A stretch of 31,075 nt of DNA, from positions 1 through 31,075 of IMG/VR virus record IMGVR_UViG_3300042564_000331. One strand, written 5' to 3'. Both the position numbers and the translations under genes were made by a program. Positions 26,562-31,075 of the stretch are shown piece by piece. Numbering within the stretch: the stretch's first letter is position 1; each line of letters begins with the position of its first letter. This DNA is from a virus (Duplodnaviria > Caudoviricetes). The notes below the pieces were generated by a model, which searched no databases, was not told the origin of the DNA, and saw nothing but the letters and a program-made list of their open reading frames with translations.

Positions 26562-26569
26562 TATTTATA
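26562..26569 (-). promoter_or_regulatory. Late promoter on the minus strand
   Basis: TATTTATA on + equals TATAAATA on -, intergenic. Confidence 0.7.
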
Positions 26570-26589
26570 CAAAAAGTGTGCTCGGGCTA

Positions 26590-26617
26590 TTGACATTACT
26601 AAAAAAATGTTTATATT
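26590..26617 (+). promoter_or_regulatory. Early promoter
   Basis: TTGACA(26590)-N16-TATATT; upstream AAAAAGTG; leader AGCAAAGGTAGA similar to that at 10076. Confidence 0.6.
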
Positions 26618-26649
26618 ACTACTATAAGCAGAGCAAAGGTAGAACAACC

Positions 26650-26868
26650 ATGATGACCTTCGAACAGACCGGAACCGTCTTCACCGCCACCAACTCGATC
26701 AAACCGGTGATTATCAACAAAAACCATGCCAACCAATACATGCTCTTCACCCCCGAAGGTCGTCTACTCGACAACTTCACCTCCGCTGGTCCTTTCGTAG
26801 ACTTCGAATCGGCTAAGCGTAACGCAGAATGCAACGTCGGTATGGCAATGAACTGGAGTGACTTCTAA
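26650..26868 (+). CDS. Hypothetical early protein (72 aa)
   Basis: Start reassigned to ATG 26650 after AAGG RBS and promoter; strong C-ending codon bias. Confidence 0.7.
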   Translation: MMTFEQTGTVFTATNSIKPVIINKNHANQYMLFTPEGRLLDNFTSAGPFVDFESAKRNAECNVGMAMNWSDF

Positions 26869-26927
26869 TGACTGCTTTAATCATCCCCGTTATCTTTTTA
26901 ATTGTAATCGTGTTTGGCCTTCTTTGA
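26868..26927 (+). CDS. 19-aa hydrophobic micropeptide
   Basis: MTALIIPVIFLIVIVFGLL; TAATG coupling to the upstream ORF; stop abuts the next RBS. Confidence 0.5.
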   Translation: MTALIIPVIFLIVIVFGLL

Positions 26928-26939
26928 GGAAACGAACTA

Positions 26940-27605
26940 ATGGTCAATGTCTATCCAATCACTGGCAAAGTATGGTATCGCGAAAGCACAGATGAGTGGG
27001 TGCTAGAGCTGGAAGGCTCTATCAATGATACCCACTTCATTAGTCGCCACACCGAACCTGGTAACATTGCTCCAGAAGATGTTGCAGGACTACCTTCGCT
27101 GTATAAAGAGGAAACAAAACTAATGACTGACGAAGAACTGATCGCACGGCTGCGGGACTTGGATACTTGGGTTGAAACTGCCGATGTGCCTGACCTTGCC
27201 GCCGACCGCATCGAAGCCCTTGAAAAGGCCCTAAAGGATCAATCTTCTGTCTCTGATCGACTTGCTGAAAGGCTGCACAAGACCGAAGGTCTCTTGGCAA
27301 AGGCGGTGGAGGATCGGGATCACTGGTCGGATGTCGCTCGCCGAGAGGGTGTGTGCATGACCTGTCGCGGTCCCCACGGCGCACTAGAGTCGTATGGCTG
27401 CACGGATTGCCTGAACACTGGTTATTGTGGAGAACACCACAACACCGTGGCTGACCTCGAGGCCAATCTGGCGAAGGCGGTGGAGGCTTTGCGTTTTTAC
27501 GCATGGGAGAACGAGATAAGACTACCTAGCGACGGCCCGTGGGGTGCAGGCAGCACGGATTTCGGCAAGGCCGCCCGCACCATCCTCGCAGAGATCAAAG
27601 GGTAG
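26940..27605 (+). CDS. Mosaic hypothetical protein (LIARLR...AADRIEALE module, CxxC zinc module)
   Basis: GAGG RBS; second in-frame RBS+ATG at 27123; 3' part visibly more GC-rich. Confidence 0.7.
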   Translation: MVNVYPITGKVWYRESTDEWVLELEGSINDTHFISRHTEPGNIAPEDVAGLPSLYKEETKLMTDEELIARLRDLDTWVETADVPDLAADRIEALEKALKDQSSVSDRLAERLHKTEGLLAKAVEDRDHWSDVARREGVCMTCRGPHGALESYGCTDCLNTGYCGEHHNTVADLEANLAKAVEALRFYAWENEIRLPSDGPWGAGSTDFGKAARTILAEIKG

Positions 27606-27609
27606 TGCC

Positions 27610-27711
27610 ATGAAGACTTGCCCACCATGCAATAACGATTGTAATCAGGGCCGTGATTGCCCACAACGCAAACCGAAGGATGCTTCAACAAAAATTCAAC
27701 AAACCAGTTGA
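27610..27711 (+). CDS. 33-aa cysteine-rich protein
   Basis: MKTCPPCNNDCNQGRDCPQRK...; CNQGRxCP motif recurring in small phage ORFs; AAGGG upstream. Confidence 0.6.
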   Translation: MKTCPPCNNDCNQGRDCPQRKPKDASTKIQQTS

Positions 27712-27736
27712 CATTTGGTTCGAAGTAGCTTATATA
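27708..27736 (+). promoter_or_regulatory. Early promoter
   Basis: TTGACA(27708)-N17-TATATA(27731); -35 flanked by AACCA/TGGTT. Confidence 0.7.
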
Positions 27737-27764
27737 GATCTAGTAGAAGCAAAGAGGAAAAGCC

Positions 27765-27938
27765 ATGCTACTCGATACGTCTGTTACCGTCGGCCAAAAC
27801 GTTCGTGCGTTCCTCAATAAGAACGCACGTGGAAAGGTTGTCGCAGCCAACGGTTCGCTGTTGACAGTTCAGTGGGAAGGTGGTAATATTGTAGAAGTTA
27901 ATCGGTTCAGCGTTATCGTCATGAAACCTGGGTACTAA
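27765..27938 (+). CDS. Small beta-rich hypothetical protein (57 aa, SH3/Tudor-like pattern)
   Basis: GAGG RBS; VGQNVR...GKVV...LTVQWEGG--VEV. Confidence 0.65.
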   Translation: MLLDTSVTVGQNVRAFLNKNARGKVVAANGSLLTVQWEGGNIVEVNRFSVIVMKPGY

Positions 27939-27948
27939 GGAGCAACGA

Positions 27949-28113
27949 ATGCAAACTGTACGTGAACTTATCGAAGAAGCTATCACAGAAGCTCGCATCA
28001 TGGAGGCTGCTCGAGAAGTATTCGATGTAGATAACATGCTGCTCACCGCAATGCGCTTGAGTGGTGCACCGTATTCCTTTGTCGAAACTGTATACGAGCG
28101 AGCATCAGCATGA
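27949..28113 (+). CDS. Small hypothetical protein (54 aa)
   Basis: AAGGAG RBS; MQTVRELIEEAITEARIMEAAREVF...; ATGA overlap with the next ORF. Confidence 0.65.
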   Translation: MQTVRELIEEAITEARIMEAAREVFDVDNMLLTAMRLSGAPYSFVETVYERASA

Positions 28114-28433
28114 ACTACTTTGGAGCTACATACACCAAAAGTCGTGATCCTACTGATATCTACTATAAACGTATTCTTGAGATGATGCGTGATTACAATT
28201 TAACAATGCAAGATGCGATCAACTGGGATATGGATGGCTTTATGCCATACCCTTCTCGTGGAATGATTCTTACTGATGAAGAAGAGATTGACTTTTATCT
28301 TCACTTAAATTATATTCCAGCTGATAGCCGTACGTTTTTCACAGGAGTCGCCCTTGGCTTTTATGACTATACACTCGAAGACAAAGAAGAGGAAACCGAC
28401 CAAGAGGATGATCGAAGCACAAGCACGCCATGA
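28110..28433 (+). CDS. Hypothetical protein
   Basis: 107 aa, ATGA-coupled to the upstream ORF. Confidence 0.6.
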   Translation: MNYFGATYTKSRDPTDIYYKRILEMMRDYNLTMQDAINWDMDGFMPYPSRGMILTDEEEIDFYLHLNYIPADSRTFFTGVALGFYDYTLEDKEEETDQEDDRSTSTP

Positions 28434-28683
28434 CGAATGGCTTGCCTCGATTGGAGTGAATGGTCGTAAGACACTGAAAGGTGTTGAACACGTAAATCTT
28501 CGTGAAGGTATTGTTGAGAACGCACAGCTCACGAATGGTATTGCTGGTAACGGTACAAAGAAAGAAGCTAACGTATACACCGGCGACTACATCATGGGTA
28601 TCGCCACAATGCACAAGTCAAACGCTGTGCCGATTACAAGCGGCGAACAAGCGATTGAAGTATCACAAATGAGGAGGAACTAA
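28354..28683 (+). CDS. Conserved T4-like hypothetical protein
   Basis: YTG----GIATMHKSNAVP-...A---S-MRR motif; AGGAG RBS before TTG 28354. Confidence 0.75.
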   Translation: MAFMTIHSKTKKRKPTKRMIEAQARHDEWLASIGVNGRKTLKGVEHVNLREGIVENAQLTNGIAGNGTKKEANVYTGDYIMGIATMHKSNAVPITSGEQAIEVSQMRRN

Positions 28684-28698
28684 GGTTCCTCCTTTTTT
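28672..28698 (+). terminator. Rho-independent terminator
   Basis: AGGAGGAAC-TAAG-GTTCCTCCT followed by a T run. Confidence 0.8.
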
Positions 28699-28705
28699 AT
28701 AAATA
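28698..28705 (+). promoter_or_regulatory. Late promoter
   Basis: Exact TATAAATA upstream of GAGG RBS. Confidence 0.85.
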
Positions 28706-28729
28706 CTTTAAAGAATCTTAGAGGTCGTT

Positions 28730-29812
28730 ATGGTTAAACCTTTTTCTAGCTTTGCTAAATCAAAATCTGATATTTACAAAGAGATTGCTGATCTTTTGAA
28801 TAAGATCGGAAAAGACAAAAACTATCAAGTAGCACCAACTTTACCGATGGGAAAAGTCGGTAAAGATAAGACTACGCGTGAATTTAGAATGCAGCTGATC
28901 GTAAAGACAGTTGATACATCTGAATCGTTTGTTACGCATTTGAAAGCTGGTCTGCGTGGAAATAAGATTTTCGACGCGAAATACAACGTAATATCACCAA
29001 ATAGTTCAAAGTACTCGAGTTACACATTTACATATAAAGGTGTAATCGTTGATGCCGTCATTGCTCGAGGTGCAAACAAAGGTGAGAACTTTGAGACCCA
29101 GACCGTTGAAAATCTCAATATGTTTTTCATGGGAGCATCGGAACAAAGTTTTGCTAAACTTGTAAGACAAATGGAAGAAGAATATCCACCATTTGCCGAT
29201 ACTGAAATTGTAAAAGTGAATCAGCGCAAAGGATCGACGAAAAAGACTGGAATACCGCTAGAAGACTTAAATGCAGTCATTGGCGACATTGTTCTCACTG
29301 ATCGTACTGGAAAGAAGTGGTATATCTCTCTGAAAGACGTAAGTGGTGGCACAGTAAGTGCGTGGCCAGGCGGTGGTTCTATCTTTAACGCTAAAGGTGA
29401 TCTGGTTGGAGATTCAGAAGGTGCAGAATTTCTTCGCACCTTCGGTGTAGATCTAAACAAAGTTCAAAGTGGATTTGATATTCGAAACAACATCGATCCT
29501 AATACTCGTAGTAAACTTAAGACATCTAACGCGAATGTATCACAGATTGAAAAAATCTTTGAACGTGTATGGGGTCTGAATTACTTTTATGTTCGTAAAA
29601 AATCGGGCGGGTGGAAAGTATTCTGGTTAGACCGCAACAAACTCAACGAACTATCACAGGGTATTAAGGTGACAAGGATTGATTATCCTGGAATAACTTC
29701 AAAGTCAACACGAATTTTCTGCGAAAACGCACATCAAAAATATCTTATTGAGATTCGAAACTCAAAGGGTGGCGAGTATCCAAACGACATTAAATTTAGG
29801 GTAATACCATAA
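28730..29812 (+). CDS. Late protein with putative restriction-endonuclease-like PD-(D/E)XK domain
   Basis: NKG--FE helix, IGDIVL and YISLK motifs. Confidence 0.55.
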   Translation: MVKPFSSFAKSKSDIYKEIADLLNKIGKDKNYQVAPTLPMGKVGKDKTTREFRMQLIVKTVDTSESFVTHLKAGLRGNKIFDAKYNVISPNSSKYSSYTFTYKGVIVDAVIARGANKGENFETQTVENLNMFFMGASEQSFAKLVRQMEEEYPPFADTEIVKVNQRKGSTKKTGIPLEDLNAVIGDIVLTDRTGKKWYISLKDVSGGTVSAWPGGGSIFNAKGDLVGDSEGAEFLRTFGVDLNKVQSGFDIRNNIDPNTRSKLKTSNANVSQIEKIFERVWGLNYFYVRKKSGGWKVFWLDRNKLNELSQGIKVTRIDYPGITSKSTRIFCENAHQKYLIEIRNSKGGEYPNDIKFRVIP

Positions 29813-31041
29813 TGCTATCATTCGACAAGTTTCTCGTAGAATCAAAGAACACTCACATGGAGCATCTAGAGGATAACATCCTGAATGCTGGTGTTGAAGG
29901 TGCTCGTCAATCGATTAACTATCTTCGTTCTCTTCGTGACATGCTTGCTGGCAACTCTACGAAGTCGGTGAATGTCACTATCAAGTGGGATGGTGCACCT
30001 GCCGTGTTCGCCGGTATCGATCCATCTGATGGCAAATTCTTTGTCGCGAAGAAAGGGATCTTCAATAAGGATCCAAAGGTATATAAGACGAATGCTGATG
30101 TCGATGCTGACACATCAGGTGATTTGAACACTAAGCTTAAACTGGCTCTCGAAGAGTTGCCTAAGCTTGGTATTAAAGGAGTGGTACAAGGTGACTTCCT
30201 ATATTCGAAAGAAGATATACGAGAAGTGGATATTGATGGAGAACCGTATATTACTTTCCATCCTAACACGATTGTTTATGCGATACCGAAAAAGAGTCAA
30301 CTCGCTCGTACAATACTTGCCTCAAGAATCGGTGTGGTCTGGCACACTACATACAGAGGAAACTCTTTTGAATCAATGTCAGCGAGTTTTGGAGAGGAGA
30401 TCGCAAGCGGTCTCAAGCAAACGCCGTCGGTCTGGTCAGTAGATGCGATGTACCGTGATGTGTCTGGTGCTGCTACATTCACTCAGGCAGAGACAGATCA
30501 AGTCACAGAGTTACTATCAAAGGCCGGTAAGATCTTCTCAGGTATGAAGAGATCTACACTTGATGGAATCTCTGATAACGACGAGCTTCTTGTTCGTGTG
30601 AAAACTTTCATCAACTCAAAGGTTCGTGTTGGAGAACGTACTGGTAACACCACTCAGTTCGTTAACGACCTGATGAAGTATGTCCACGACTACTACCAAA
30701 AAGAAATCGATAAGAAAGCGACTGACAAAGCAAAAGCTCAGTGGATCGCTAAACGTGATGAGACGATGAAGTACTTTGCGAATACGCCAAAGGCTGACAT
30801 CGTTGCCCTCTTTGATATGTACAACTACATCGTCGACGCTAAGCATATGATTATACGTAAGCTCGACAAAGCAAAACAGATCGGCACCTTCCTTAAGACT
30901 GCTGATGGATATAAAGTAACAGAGCAAGAAGGTTTCGTTGCGATTGATCATATGGGTAAGAATGCGGTTAAACTCGTTGATCGCCTCCAGTTCTCTCATG
31001 CAAACTTCTCTGCAGACATTCAAAAGGGATGGCAGCGCTAA
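29812..31041 (+). CDS. DUF6267-like protein, covalent nucleotidyltransferase (ligase-like) motifs
   Basis: KNTHMEHLED, TIKWDGAPA (KxDG), QGD, EGFV and VKLVDR motifs. Confidence 0.7.
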   Translation: MLSFDKFLVESKNTHMEHLEDNILNAGVEGARQSINYLRSLRDMLAGNSTKSVNVTIKWDGAPAVFAGIDPSDGKFFVAKKGIFNKDPKVYKTNADVDADTSGDLNTKLKLALEELPKLGIKGVVQGDFLYSKEDIREVDIDGEPYITFHPNTIVYAIPKKSQLARTILASRIGVVWHTTYRGNSFESMSASFGEEIASGLKQTPSVWSVDAMYRDVSGAATFTQAETDQVTELLSKAGKIFSGMKRSTLDGISDNDELLVRVKTFINSKVRVGERTGNTTQFVNDLMKYVHDYYQKEIDKKATDKAKAQWIAKRDETMKYFANTPKADIVALFDMYNYIVDAKHMIIRKLDKAKQIGTFLKTADGYKVTEQEGFVAIDHMGKNAVKLVDRLQFSHANFSADIQKGWQR

Positions 31042-31075
31042 TGGCACAGTTTAATAAGAATACACACCAGTACTC
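31041..31075 (+). CDS. Start of the next ORF (3'-truncated)
   Basis: TAATG coupling; MAQFNKNTHQY open to the window end. Confidence 0.5.
   Translation, partial: MAQFNKNTHQY

Noticed and set aside
26440-26649. N-terminal extension of ORF 26440..26868
   Set aside because: It crosses a promoter-rich AT region and the antisense RNA candidate; the RBS and promoter point to ATG 26650
1-31075. CRISPR arrays, tRNAs, IS elements
   Set aside because: No regularly spaced repeats, cloverleaf/T-loop signatures or transposase motifs seen by eye

Overview
A 31 kb segment of a T4-like (Tevenvirinae/Kyanoviridae-type) lytic myophage genome, with nearly all genes on the + strand. It runs from the head genes (gp22 partial, gp23, gp3) through the recombination/transcription block (uvsY, uvsW, gp55, gp47, gp46). 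Between gp46 and gp45 sits a ~9 kb nucleotide-metabolism/DNA-modification island: PMM-like HAD enzyme, cytidylyltransferase, MazG-like pyrophosphatase, PD-(D/E)XK-like ORF, dNMP kinase, gp42-type dCMP hydroxymethylase, dCMP deaminase, alpha-glucosyltransferase homolog, a C5-cytosine-methyltransferase-fold protein with a degenerate SAM-binding motif, DexA, DUF5664-like diphosphohydrolase and a GT-A glycosyltransferase. The replisome follows (gp45, gp44, gp62, regA, hsp20, gp43, uvsX, gp41), then small early ORFs and two late genes (a nuclease-like and a DUF6267/ligase-like protein). The most notable items are (i) the expanded hmC hypermodification cluster with an atypical MTase-fold enzyme, (ii) a late-promoter-driven, terminator-bounded, pseudoknotted antisense ncRNA candidate downstream of gp41, (iii) a ROSE-like thermometer before hsp20 and (iv) consensus sigma70 promoters embedded in coding sequence or in hairpin loops. 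All assignments come from motif recognition by eye; no database searches were run.
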